Shown here piece by piece: positions 27,629 to 36,769 of a DNA stretch of 64,000 bases. Both the position numbers and the translations under genes were made by a program. The stretch covers positions 480,001 through 544,000 of the forward strand of contig CAVUMN010000004.1 in the NCBI GenBank assembly GCA_963742735.1, read 5' to 3'. Positions within the stretch are counted from its first letter, which is position 1, and the number at the start of each line of letters is the position of its first letter. This DNA comes from an uncultured Actinomycetes bacterium. Lineage in GTDB: Bacteria; Actinomycetota; UBA4738; JBBDTT01. The notes beneath the pieces were generated by a model. That model saw nothing but the letters and a program-made list of their open reading frames with translations. It ran no database searches and had not been told where the DNA came from.

Positions 27629-28660
27629 ATGCGCATCGCACAGATCGCGCCGCCGTGGATCGCCGTGCCTCCGCCGGCCTACGGGGGCATCGAGTGGGTC
27701 GTCGCGCTCCTCGCCGACGGCCTGGTGGAGGCCGGTCACGACGTGACCCTGTTCGCCACGGGGGACTCGCGGACCAAGGCCAAGCTCGACTACGTGTTCG
27801 AGGAGGGCCCGGGCCCCCGGTTCATCAACTCGATCTTCCACGACACCCTGCACACGATGCATTCCCTTCGCGACGTCTCGGCGTTCGACGTCGTGCACGT
27901 CCACTCGCCGTTCTCGACGCTTGCGGCCGCGGTGAACACCGGTGTGCCGGTGGTCCACACCCTCCACGGCTCGTTCACCGACGTGATGGTCCAGCTGTAC
28001 GGCTACGTGGCGGACCGCGCCTGGTTCACGCCGATCAGCGAGGCCCAGCGGCGCCTCGGCCCCGACCTCCGCTACACCGACGTCGTCTACAACGGGATCG
28101 ACACCTCGCTCTACCCGTTCCGCGACCGCGAGGACAAGGAGGACTTCCTGCTCTTCGTCGGCCGGGCGAGCGTCGACAAGGGGGCCCACCGCGCGGTCCA
28201 GGCAGCGGCGAAGGCGGGCGTGCCCCTGGTCCTGGCGGTCAAGATCGCCGACGCCGAGGAGGAAGAGCACTGGAAGCGCGACGTGGAGCCGATCCTGCCC
28301 GAGGGGACCCGGGTGCTCGGCGAGATCTCCGTGCAGGAGAAGGCCGACCTCATGTCACGCGCCCGGGGGCTCCTGTTCCCGATCGACTGGGACGAGCCCT
28401 TCGGTCTGGTGATGACCGAAGCGATGGCGTGTGGCACGCCGGTCATCGCCCGGCCCCGGGGATCGGTTCCCGAGGTGATCGCCGACGGCGAGACGGGGTT
28501 CATCGTCGATACCGTCGACGATATGGCCGAGGCGATCGAACGGCTCGGAACGATCGACGCGGTGGCCTGTCGCGCGCGCGTGGAGGAGCGGTTCTCGGCC
28601 CGGCCGATGATCGAGGGCTACGCCCGGGCCTTCGAGCGCGCCGTGTCCGGCCGGCGCTGA
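27629..28660 (+). CDS. Glycosyltransferase family 4
   Basis: MRIAQIAPPW..VPPPAYGGIE, VYNGID, WDEPFGLVMTEAMACGTPV. Confidence 0.95.
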   Translation: MRIAQIAPPWIAVPPPAYGGIEWVVALLADGLVEAGHDVTLFATGDSRTKAKLDYVFEEGPGPRFINSIFHDTLHTMHSLRDVSAFDVVHVHSPFSTLAAAVNTGVPVVHTLHGSFTDVMVQLYGYVADRAWFTPISEAQRRLGPDLRYTDVVYNGIDTSLYPFRDREDKEDFLLFVGRASVDKGAHRAVQAAAKAGVPLVLAVKIADAEEEEHWKRDVEPILPEGTRVLGEISVQEKADLMSRARGLLFPIDWDEPFGLVMTEAMACGTPVIARPRGSVPEVIADGETGFIVDTVDDMAEAIERLGTIDAVACRARVEERFSARPMIEGYARAFERAVSGRR

Positions 28661-29535
28661 GGCTCCGCCGGGGACGGGACGAGCTCGAGCACGGTCGCCT
28701 CGGGGCGGCACCAGAATCGGAACGGTGCGTACTTGCTGGTCCCCAGGCCGGCCGAGACGTGGACGAACGCACCCCCGAGCCGGACCAGACCCTTCGCCAT
28801 GTACCGCGGGACCGAGCAGTTCGTCACCAGCGCCCCGATCAGCGGCAGGCAGACCTGCCCCCCGTGCGTGTGGCCCGAAAGCGTGAGGTCCCAGCCGAGC
28901 GCGGCGAGCTCCGGTGCGGGGTCGGGGGAGTGGACCACCGCGATCCCCACGCGCTCGGGGTGCTCGCGCGGATAGATCCTCGAGTCCTGGCGGTGGATGT
29001 GCGGGTCGTCGGCGCCCATCACCTCGAACGTATGGCCGCCGGTCTCGAACGCCACCCGGCGGTTCTTCAGGTGCACCCACCCCTCCGCGTCCAGCGCGGC
29101 CTGGAGCTCCGGGGCCGGATTGCGGGTGATCAGCCGCCGCTTCAGCGGGCTCCCCTTGAAGAAGTACCGCAGATAGTTGTAGGGCTTTGGGGCGTAGTAG
29201 TCGTTCGAGCCCAGGACGTACCACGAGGCCAGCCGGCCCCGGACCGCTCGGAGGGCGCCGACCGCGGTGTCCACCGACTCCTCCTCGCCGAGCACGTCCC
29301 CGGTCACGATCGCCACGTCCGGGACCGGGAGCGACTCGACGAACGCGCGCTTGCGCGGGTCGCGGTGCGTGAAGTGCAGGTCCGACAGGTGGAGGATGGT
29401 GAGCGGCTCCGACCCCGCGGGTAGGATCTCGACGCGGTACCGGCGGAGCGCGTACCACGTCCGCTCCACGAACACGCCGTACGCCACGCACCCGATCCCG
29501 AACGCGAGGACGCCGATGACGCTCCACCAGATCAC
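28618..29535 (-). CDS. Metallophosphoesterase (calcineurin-like) with N-terminal TM helix
   Basis: HLSDLH, TGD, GSNDY, HSP, SGHTHGGQ, SAGLGTS. Confidence 0.92.
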   Translation of the reverse strand: MIWWSVIGVLAFGIGCVAYGVFVERTWYALRRYRVEILPAGSEPLTILHLSDLHFTHRDPRKRAFVESLPVPDVAIVTGDVLGEEESVDTAVGALRAVRGRLASWYVLGSNDYYAPKPYNYLRYFFKGSPLKRRLITRNPAPELQAALDAEGWVHLKNRRVAFETGGHTFEVMGADDPHIHRQDSRIYPREHPERVGIAVVHSPDPAPELAALGWDLTLSGHTHGGQVCLPLIGALVTNCSVPRYMAKGLVRLGGAFVHVSAGLGTSKYAPFRFWCRPEATVLELVPSPAEPQRRPDTARSKARA

Positions 29536-29550
29536 GGCAGGCCAGTCTAG

Positions 29551-29997
29551 GTGAGCGCCGAGAAGGACCGGCTCCAGGCCGAGATGCACGAGGCCATGAA
29601 GGCCGGCCAGAAGGTGCGCTTGGCCGCGCTCAGGCTGCTCTCGGCTTCGGTGAAGAACCGCGAGGTGGAGCTGGGCCACGAGCTCAACGCCGAGGAGTTC
29701 ACCGAGATGGCCAACCGCGAGGCCAAGCGGCGCAAGGAGTCGATCGAGGCCTACCAGGGCGCCGGCCGGACCGAGCTCGTCGAACGGGAGCAGGAGGAGC
29801 TCGAGGTGCTTCAGGCCTACCTGCCCGAGCCCCTCACCGAAGGCGAGGTCGCCGAGATCATCGACGCGGCGATCGCCTCGACCGGCGCCACCGGCCCCAA
29901 GGAGATGGGCGCCGTCATGCGCGAGGTCATGGCGAAGGTGCAGGGCCGCGCCGACGGCAAGGCCATCAGCGACGCGGTCCGAGCCCGCCTGGGCTAG
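29551..29997 (+). CDS. GatB/YqeY domain protein
   Basis: AMKAG..RLAALR, KRRKESIEAY, YLPEPL, KEMGAVM, GRADG. Confidence 0.93.
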   Translation: MSAEKDRLQAEMHEAMKAGQKVRLAALRLLSASVKNREVELGHELNAEEFTEMANREAKRRKESIEAYQGAGRTELVEREQEELEVLQAYLPEPLTEGEVAEIIDAAIASTGATGPKEMGAVMREVMAKVQGRADGKAISDAVRARLG

Positions 29998-32606
29998 GTC
30001 GTTTCCTGCGGGCCCCGGCCCGGCCGGAGGGCGCGGCGGCGGGCGCGGCCGGCCAGCAGCAGCGGGAACAGGATGAACGCGGCCGCGGCCCCGGCCCCGG
30101 CCCCGGTCGTTCCGCCCGTGCCGGTCGTGCTCTTGTGGGGCGGCCCCTTGTCGCACTTCGGTGTCGCGTCCGGGTCGCAGCTCTCGCTGGGCGTGGGGGA
30201 CGGCTCCACGTAGTGCCCCACCACGATGCGCACCGTCGAGCCGACCAGCGCCTTGGTGCCGCCCTGCGGTTCCTGGTCGCGGACGATGTTGTCCTCGTTC
30301 GGCTCGTCCACGTCGACGAAGCTCTCCTCGACCAGGAACTCCGCGGATTCCAGCCTGAACCGGGCGGTCTCGGACGCGTCGCCCACGACGTTGGGCACGA
30401 CGCGCTTCGGCGTCTTGCCGTTCGAGACGAAGATCGTGACTTTCGATCCGGCGGTGACCGATGCCCCGCCCCCCGGGAACTGCCGGAACACCGTCCCGGC
30501 GGGCTGGGTCGAGGGCTTCTCCTTGACCTCGGCGGTGAAGTTGGCCTCACCGAGGACGTCCACGGCCTCGGTCTCCTGGAGCCCGACCACGTCGGGGACC
30601 TCCGCCGAGGGGATCGGCGGCGCGGCCGGGAAATACGTCACCGGCATGCCCGCCGTGGCGCGGAGCATGAAGCGGTTCCAGATCGACGCCGGAGCGTTTC
30701 CGCCGAAGAGCGACCCGCTGATCGAGCCCCGGCCCTCGATCGGGATGCGGCCGCGGATGTCGCCGACCCACACCGCGGTGGACACCTGCTTGTGGGTGTA
30801 GCCGATGAACCAGCCGTCGGCGTGGTCCTGGGTGGTCCCGGTCTTGCCGGCCACGGGGCGGCTGATGCCGGACACGGCTCCCGTGCCGGTCCCGCCCTGG
30901 ACGACCCCCTGGAGCATGGCCGAGACCGAGGCGACGATCTTGGGATCCACGACCTGCTCGCAGTCCAGCCGGTGCTTGTAGATCTGCTCGCCGCCGGGAC
31001 CCAGGACCTTGGCGATCGCGAACGGCTCACAGAACGTCCCGTCGTTGGCGAGCGTCGCGTAGCCGGAGGCCATGTCCAGCGGCGTGACCTCCTTGCCCCC
31101 CAGGGTCAGCGAGCAGATCGCCTCGAGCCCGGTCTTGACGCCCATCTTCTCCGCGGCGCTCTTGACGTGCTGCGGACCGAGGTCGCTGATCAGTTGCGCG
31201 AAGTAGACGTTGACCGAATGCGAGGTGGCCTCGTCCATGTTGATGTATCGGTCCTCCGAGCCTCCCTCCGCGTTGCTGACGTCCCACAGGCCGTCCGGCC
31301 CGGCGCAGACGGGATCGGGGATCAGGACCGGCGACTTCGCGTTGTAGACCTTGCCCCGCGGGACGTCCTGCTCGAGCGCCGCCACCAGCGTGAACGCCTT
31401 GAAGGCCGACCCCGGCTGGCGAAGGCCCTGGGTGGCCAGGTCGAACTTCTGGGCCTTGAAGTCGCTGCCGCCGAGGAGTGTGCGGATGGCGCCGTTGGTC
31501 GCGTCGATCGTGACCACGGCCGACTGGGGGTCCTCGGGGAGCGGGAGGATCTCCTTGACCGCGCCCTTCGCGTACCCGAGCCACTTCGGGTCGAGGGTCG
31601 TCTGGATGCGAAGTCCGCCCTGGTACAGGGCGTGCTCCCGCTGCGCCTTCGTATTGCCGAACACCCCGGTCTCGTCGTTCAGGATCGCGCTGCGGATGTA
31701 CTCGACGAAGTACGCGGCCTTGCCGGGTGCGTTGGTGGTGCGCTCCTTGTCCGAGAGCTCCACCGGGCTGGCCTCGGCTTCCTCGGCCTCCGCCTCCGAG
31801 ATGACGCCGAGCCCGGCCATCCGTGAGAGGACCAGGTTGCGCCGCCGCAGGGCCTCCTCCGGCTTGGTGATCGGGTTGAACGCCTCTGGGGCGGCGATCA
31901 GGCCGGCCAGCATGGCCGCCTCGGGCAGGTTCAGCTGCGACGCGTCCTTGGCGAAGTAGAACTCCGAGGCCGCCTGGACGCCGTTGACGCTGCGGCCCAT
32001 GTAGACCTCGTTCAGGTACAGCTCGAGGATCTCGTCCTTCGAGTACTCCTTCTCCAGACGAAACGCCAGGCGGGCCTCCTCGAGCTTGCGGGCGAAGGTC
32101 CGTTCGCCGCTGGTGAAGATCGTCTTGACGAGCTGCTGGGTGATCGTCGAGCCGCCCTCGGTGATCTCACCGGCCTTCAGGTTGGTGAAGGCCGCCCGCA
32201 GGATGCCTTCCACGTCGAGGGCGCCGTGCTCGAAGAAGCCGTCGTCCTCGATGGCGATGACGGCCTCGCGCACGACCGGGGCGATCTCGTCGAGCCGGAC
32301 GACCTTTCGGTTCTCGTCCAGGTACAGCGTGGCCAGCACCGTCCCGTCCCTCGCGAGGATCGTCGAGCGCTCGGGGAACCGGGGGAACAGCAGGTCGCCG
32401 GGGGCGAGGTTCGTGAACTGGTCGGTGAACCGCACCGCGGCGTTGCCGGCCGCGCGGGCGGCCGGGGTCAGCGCCAGGGCCATGAGGCCGCCGGCCACCA
32501 TGATCACGACGGCCATCAGGATGAAGCGCAGGCCTCTATCCGACAGACGGAGAGCGGCATCTCGGCCAAGCACGACCGGAGCGCGATGTGAAGGTTCTCG
32601 AATCAT
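29994..32606 (-). CDS. Class A penicillin-binding protein with two PASTA domains (PonA2-like); start approximate
   Basis: TGase EDDGFFEHG, GGSTITQQLVK, RKLEE; TPase SAFK, SVN, KTGT; VPDVVG/VPNVVG PASTA repeats. Confidence 0.93.
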   Translation of the reverse strand: MIREPSHRAPVVLGRDAALRLSDRGLRFILMAVVIMVAGGLMALALTPAARAAGNAAVRFTDQFTNLAPGDLLFPRFPERSTILARDGTVLATLYLDENRKVVRLDEIAPVVREAVIAIEDDGFFEHGALDVEGILRAAFTNLKAGEITEGGSTITQQLVKTIFTSGERTFARKLEEARLAFRLEKEYSKDEILELYLNEVYMGRSVNGVQAASEFYFAKDASQLNLPEAAMLAGLIAAPEAFNPITKPEEALRRRNLVLSRMAGLGVISEAEAEEAEASPVELSDKERTTNAPGKAAYFVEYIRSAILNDETGVFGNTKAQREHALYQGGLRIQTTLDPKWLGYAKGAVKEILPLPEDPQSAVVTIDATNGAIRTLLGGSDFKAQKFDLATQGLRQPGSAFKAFTLVAALEQDVPRGKVYNAKSPVLIPDPVCAGPDGLWDVSNAEGGSEDRYINMDEATSHSVNVYFAQLISDLGPQHVKSAAEKMGVKTGLEAICSLTLGGKEVTPLDMASGYATLANDGTFCEPFAIAKVLGPGGEQIYKHRLDCEQVVDPKIVASVSAMLQGVVQGGTGTGAVSGISRPVAGKTGTTQDHADGWFIGYTHKQVSTAVWVGDIRGRIPIEGRGSISGSLFGGNAPASIWNRFMLRATAGMPVTYFPAAPPIPSAEVPDVVGLQETEAVDVLGEANFTAEVKEKPSTQPAGTVFRQFPGGGASVTAGSKVTIFVSNGKTPKRVVPNVVGDASETARFRLESAEFLVEESFVDVDEPNEDNIVRDQEPQGGTKALVGSTVRIVVGHYVEPSPTPSESCDPDATPKCDKGPPHKSTTGTGGTTGAGAGAAAAFILFPLLLAGRARRRALRPGRGPQETT

Positions 32607-32695
32607 CAAAGAATGGTTTCCCTGGGCGCCCCCAGGATACCTGGGGACGCCGACGTCGAACCGGTGGATGGGCCGCCGCAATACACTGCGCCGCG

Positions 32696-33124
32696 GTGAA
32701 GCTCAGCGAGCGCGACCGCCGTACCCTGCGGGCCCTCGCGGCGACGCTCCTGCCGGAGGGAGGCCCGCTCCCCTCGGCGGAGGCGGTGGACGCGGCGGGC
32801 GCCGTCGGCGCGGTCGTTGAACGCCTCCCCGCGGCGCAGACCACCCGGCTGGTCGGGCTGATCCGGACGTTCTCCGCGCTCCCCATGGGACGGGGCCGGC
32901 GCCGATTCCGGAACCTGTCGCCCGCCGCCCGCGAGCGCGTCGTCGAGCGCCTCACCGCACATCGCGGCTATCGCGGCCAGATGTTCAATGCGTTGAAGCA
33001 GCTCATCGTCACCACCTGGGCCAGTGACGCGCGCGTCGGGGGTGCGATCGGCGACGACGGCCGGTGCCTGGCCGACAGCCCCGAGGGTCGGGCGCTCATC
33101 GCGCCCCTGCTGCCGGGCACCTAG
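32696..33124 (+). CDS. Gluconate 2-dehydrogenase subunit 3-like small helical protein
   Basis: RRTLRALAATLLP...RFRNLSPAARERVV; GTG 8 nt after TACACT; directly precedes GMC oxidoreductase. Confidence 0.7.
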   Translation: MKLSERDRRTLRALAATLLPEGGPLPSAEAVDAAGAVGAVVERLPAAQTTRLVGLIRTFSALPMGRGRRRFRNLSPAARERVVERLTAHRGYRGQMFNALKQLIVTTWASDARVGGAIGDDGRCLADSPEGRALIAPLLPGT

Positions 33125-34672
33125 ATGGAGGCCCGCGCCCACCGCACCGGCCGCCTGCTGAGCCCGGTCGCCCACCCCGACATCGGCGACGGCTTCGTCA
33201 GCAAGACCGACGTGGTCGTGGTGGGCAGCGGCGCCGGCGGTGCGGCCGCGGCCAAGGAGCTCGCGGAGAGGGGCCTGTCGGTCGCCGTCCTCGAGGAGGG
33301 CCCCTACGTCACCAGCGAGCAGTTCGACGCCCCGCCGTGGGAACGGTTCACGCGGCTCTGCCGCGACGGGGGGATGACCGTCGCGATCGGCAAGCCGCTC
33401 ATCCCGATGCCGCTGGGACGGGCGGTGGGCGGGACGACCCTGGTGAACTCCGGGACGTGCTTCCGCACGCCTCGCAAGATCCTGGACGAGTGGGGCTCCG
33501 CTCACGGCATCCCGGGACTGGACGCCGCGACGATGGACCCGATCTTCGACCGCGTGGAGGAGGTCATCTCCGTCCGTCCGGTGCCCTGGGAGCTGATCGG
33601 CGCGAACGGGCTGCTGGCCCACAAGGGGGCGCAGGCCCTCGGCCTCTCCGGCGGGCCCATCCTGCGCAACATCACCGATTGCCACGGTTGCGGCCAGTGT
33701 GCGTTCGGGTGTCCGTCCGACGCGAAGCAGGCGATGCACCTGTCCTACCTGCCGAGGGCCGAGGCGGCGGGGGCGCGGCTGTTCACCGGCGTGCGCGCCG
33801 AGCGCGTCCGGGCCCGCAACGGACGCGCGCCGGCCGTGGAGGCCACGGTCCTGGACGCGAACGACCGGCCGGCCGGCACGGCCCGGTTCGAGGGGGACGC
33901 CGTCGTGGTGGCGTGCGGGAGCGTCCTGACGCCCCTGATGCTCGGTCGCAGCGGGCTGGCTCGCGGCAACCGGTGGCTGGGCCGGAACCTGCGGATCCAC
34001 CCGGCCACCACGGTGGTGGGGCAGATGGACTCGGACGTGCAGTCCTGGCGTGGGACCCTCCAGTCCTACTACGTGGACGCGGGGTGGGAGTCGCACGACG
34101 TGATGCTCGAGTCCACGAACCCCCCGCCGGCGATCGGGGTGGGCGCGCTTCCCGGGTTCGGGCTCCCGCTGTTGGAGCGGGCCGCCGAGTATGGGCGGCT
34201 GGCGTTGCTGGGCCTGCTGGTCTCCGACACGTCGACGGGGCGGGTCCGCCGCGGCCCGGGCGGGACGCCGTTCGTCACGTACCGCATGAACGATCACGAC
34301 CTGCGCAACGTGCTGTGGGGGATGGCGCTGGCCGCGGAGATCCTCCTGGCCGCCGGTGCCCGCGAGGTGTGGACGGGGCTCCCGGCGGCGGAGACCGTGA
34401 CGTCGCCCGCGGACCTCGACGCGGTGCGAGAGGGCCCGCATCGCGCGGAGCATCTGAAGCTCTCGGCGTACCACCCGATGGGCACCGCTCGGCTGGGCGC
34501 CACACCGGCCGACTCGGTGTGCGACCCCTTCGGCCGCGTCCACGGCGCGCCCGGCGTGTGGGTGCTCGACGCGAGCGTGTTCCCCACCTGCCTGGGTGTG
34601 AACCCCCAGGTCTCGATCATGGCGTTTGCCACCCGCGGGGCCTGGGCGCTGTCCGAGGAGCTCGGCGGCTAG
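33125..34672 (+). CDS. GMC family flavin oxidoreductase (long-chain alcohol oxidase-like)
   Basis: VVVGSGAGG, VGGTTLVNSG, CHGCGQCAFGC, SAYHPMGT, LGVNPQ. Confidence 0.93.
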   Translation: MEARAHRTGRLLSPVAHPDIGDGFVSKTDVVVVGSGAGGAAAAKELAERGLSVAVLEEGPYVTSEQFDAPPWERFTRLCRDGGMTVAIGKPLIPMPLGRAVGGTTLVNSGTCFRTPRKILDEWGSAHGIPGLDAATMDPIFDRVEEVISVRPVPWELIGANGLLAHKGAQALGLSGGPILRNITDCHGCGQCAFGCPSDAKQAMHLSYLPRAEAAGARLFTGVRAERVRARNGRAPAVEATVLDANDRPAGTARFEGDAVVVACGSVLTPLMLGRSGLARGNRWLGRNLRIHPATTVVGQMDSDVQSWRGTLQSYYVDAGWESHDVMLESTNPPPAIGVGALPGFGLPLLERAAEYGRLALLGLLVSDTSTGRVRRGPGGTPFVTYRMNDHDLRNVLWGMALAAEILLAAGAREVWTGLPAAETVTSPADLDAVREGPHRAEHLKLSAYHPMGTARLGATPADSVCDPFGRVHGAPGVWVLDASVFPTCLGVNPQVSIMAFATRGAWALSEELGG

Positions 34673-35775
34673 TCCCCGAACAGCGCGTCTCCCAGCCGCC
34701 TGAGGCCGTCCAGGTCGTGGACGTCCCCGTCGAGCTCGGGGACGCGCACGAGCTGGGCGTCGTCGTGGCGGGCATGGAACCGGTCCAGGGCTTCGTCCTC
34801 GCGGTCCTCGACGTCCTGCCATGCCAGGCGGGTCCAGACGGCCGCCGCGGCCGCGCGTGCCTCGGCACCGCCCTCCTCCTGCAGCCGGCCGGCCGCCTCC
34901 GCCGCGGCTTTGGGTAGGCGCGAGTGTCCACCGTGCCACCGGTTGGCGACCACCGCGCCGAGGGGCATCCCCGACTCGGCCAGCCGGCGCGCGAAGAAGG
35001 CGGCCTCCTCCAGGGGCTGGTGTTCGGGCGAGGTCACCACCACGAACCGGGTGGACGGCTCACTCAGGAGCGCGTTCACGTGCGCCGCCCGTTGCTTGAA
35101 CCCGCCGTACATGCCCTCGAACGCGGCCAGGAACTCCGCCGTCTCGGCGAGCAGCTCCGCGCCGGTGACCTTTCGCAGCACCCGTCCGAACGCCTGCGCT
35201 CCCAGGTTCGTGATCTTGAACGCGCTCCGGCCGGCGACCGCGGTGGGCGCCAGCAGCAGTCGCAGGAAGCGGCTCCCCAGGAACTCGGTCATCCGTTTGG
35301 GCGCGTCCAGGAACGACAGCGCCGAGCGCGTGGGGGGCGTGTCGATGACGATCACGTCGTAGTCGCCCCCGACGGCGAGCTCGTAGAGCTTCTCCATGGC
35401 CATGTACTCGCCGGTCCCCGACAGGGTGTCGGCGATCCGCTGGTAGAAGCCGTTCGCCAGGATGCGGTCGCGCTGCTCGGAGTTCGAGGCCTGTTCGGCG
35501 ACCAGCTCGTCGAGCGTTCGCTTGGTGTCGAGCTGCATGGCTTCCAGCCGCACGCCCCTGCCGGCAGGGATCCGCACCGCGTCCCCGGGGATGTCGGGAA
35601 GGCCGAGGGCCCCGGCCAGGCGGCGCGCCGGGTCCACGGTCAGGACGATCGTCCGGCTCCCGCCCTCCGCGAGCCGTAGCGCGATCGCCGCCGAGGTCGT
35701 GGTCTTCCCGACGCCACCCGGCCCGCACACCACGACCACCCGGGCGCCGCGCAGCGCCCGTCGCAGCGGGCTCAC
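34669..35775 (-). CDS. ArsA/Get3-family ATPase (second of pair)
   Basis: CGPGGVGKTT, TVDPARRLA, DTPP. Confidence 0.92.
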   Translation of the reverse strand: MSPLRRALRGARVVVVCGPGGVGKTTTSAAIALRLAEGGSRTIVLTVDPARRLAGALGLPDIPGDAVRIPAGRGVRLEAMQLDTKRTLDELVAEQASNSEQRDRILANGFYQRIADTLSGTGEYMAMEKLYELAVGGDYDVIVIDTPPTRSALSFLDAPKRMTEFLGSRFLRLLLAPTAVAGRSAFKITNLGAQAFGRVLRKVTGAELLAETAEFLAAFEGMYGGFKQRAAHVNALLSEPSTRFVVVTSPEHQPLEEAAFFARRLAESGMPLGAVVANRWHGGHSRLPKAAAEAAGRLQEEGGAEARAAAAAVWTRLAWQDVEDREDEALDRFHARHDDAQLVRVPELDGDVHDLDGLRRLGDALFGD

Positions 35776-36725
35776 CGAACGCCCTCCACATGCGCGGACA
35801 GCTCGTCGAGCTGTTTCGCCCCGAAGTCGTGCGCGAACAGGTGGGGGACCTCGACCCGCTCGAGCGTCCCCAGCCGCCGAATCTGGGCCCGCTGCTCCGC
35901 CCCGGCCCGGCGGTGGCGCGCGGTGACCTCCAGGGCGGCGGCGGCGGCCGGCCGGCGAACGGCGGCCCCGGCCCCGGCGAGCAGCTCGCGAAGGCGCTCG
36001 GGGGTCAGACCGTCGAAGGGCTTCGCCGATCCCCTCGGCAGCGCCGGCGGCAGGACCCGGTTCACGACCACCGGGCCGAGGGGGACGCCGATATCCGCGA
36101 TCGCGGCGCGGGCCTCGAGGGTCTCGTCCACCGGGAGCTCCTCGGGGGTCGTGACCAGCACGACGCGCGTGCGCCTGCGGAGGAACGTCCCGATCGAGCG
36201 GGCCTGGCGACCGGGCCGGCCCACCCGGATCAGCTCGGCGAACGCCTCCGGCGCCTGGAGGAACGGAACGATCTGGCCGGTGGGCGGGGCGTCGGCCACC
36301 ACCACGTCGTACCGCGGCCGTCCCCTGGCTCGCGCAGACCCCCGCCGCCACTCCGCCGTCTCGTAGACCTTCCCGGCCAGCATCAGGTCCCGGAAGCCGG
36401 GGGCGACCTCGGTGACGACGTCGACCGCCCGCGTCCGCACCAGCGGCCCGGCCAGCTTCCCCATCCCGTAGAAGAGGCCGAGGTAGTCGAGGAGCGCCTC
36501 GCGTGGCCCGAGCGACGCGACGGAGAACCCGAACTTCGTCTCCCGCTCCTCCTTGGAGCGCGACAGGCCGAGGAGCCGGGCGGCGCCGGGGCGGCCCTCC
36601 AGCTCGAGCAGGAGGGTGGCTCGCCCCCTCCGGGCCGCCGCCATGGCCAGGGCCGCGGCGATCGTCGTCTTCCCCGTCCCGCCCTTGCCGGAGACCAGCA
36701 AGACGCGCGCCTCGTCGGTGGGCAT
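35772..36725 (-). CDS. ArsA/Get3-family ATPase (first of pair)
   Basis: SGKGGTGKTT, APG...GKV, DAPPTG, PEELPVDET. Confidence 0.92.
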   Translation of the reverse strand: MPTDEARVLLVSGKGGTGKTTIAAALAMAAARRGRATLLLELEGRPGAARLLGLSRSKEERETKFGFSVASLGPREALLDYLGLFYGMGKLAGPLVRTRAVDVVTEVAPGFRDLMLAGKVYETAEWRRGSARARGRPRYDVVVADAPPTGQIVPFLQAPEAFAELIRVGRPGRQARSIGTFLRRRTRVVLVTTPEELPVDETLEARAAIADIGVPLGPVVVNRVLPPALPRGSAKPFDGLTPERLRELLAGAGAAVRRPAAAAALEVTARHRRAGAEQRAQIRRLGTLERVEVPHLFAHDFGAKQLDELSAHVEGVR

Positions 36726-36769
36726 CCGCGAAGCCTACGGCGGCCCCTGTCTGGGAGAATCCGCGCCCC

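Noticed and set aside
33122-33124. In-frame TAG as pyrrolysine
   Set aside because: No pyl genes in the window, and ATG follows immediately
34669-36725. Arsenic-resistance operon
   Set aside because: No arsR/B/C/D; a tandem ArsA-like pair near ponA/whiB is the conserved actinobacterial Get3-like pair
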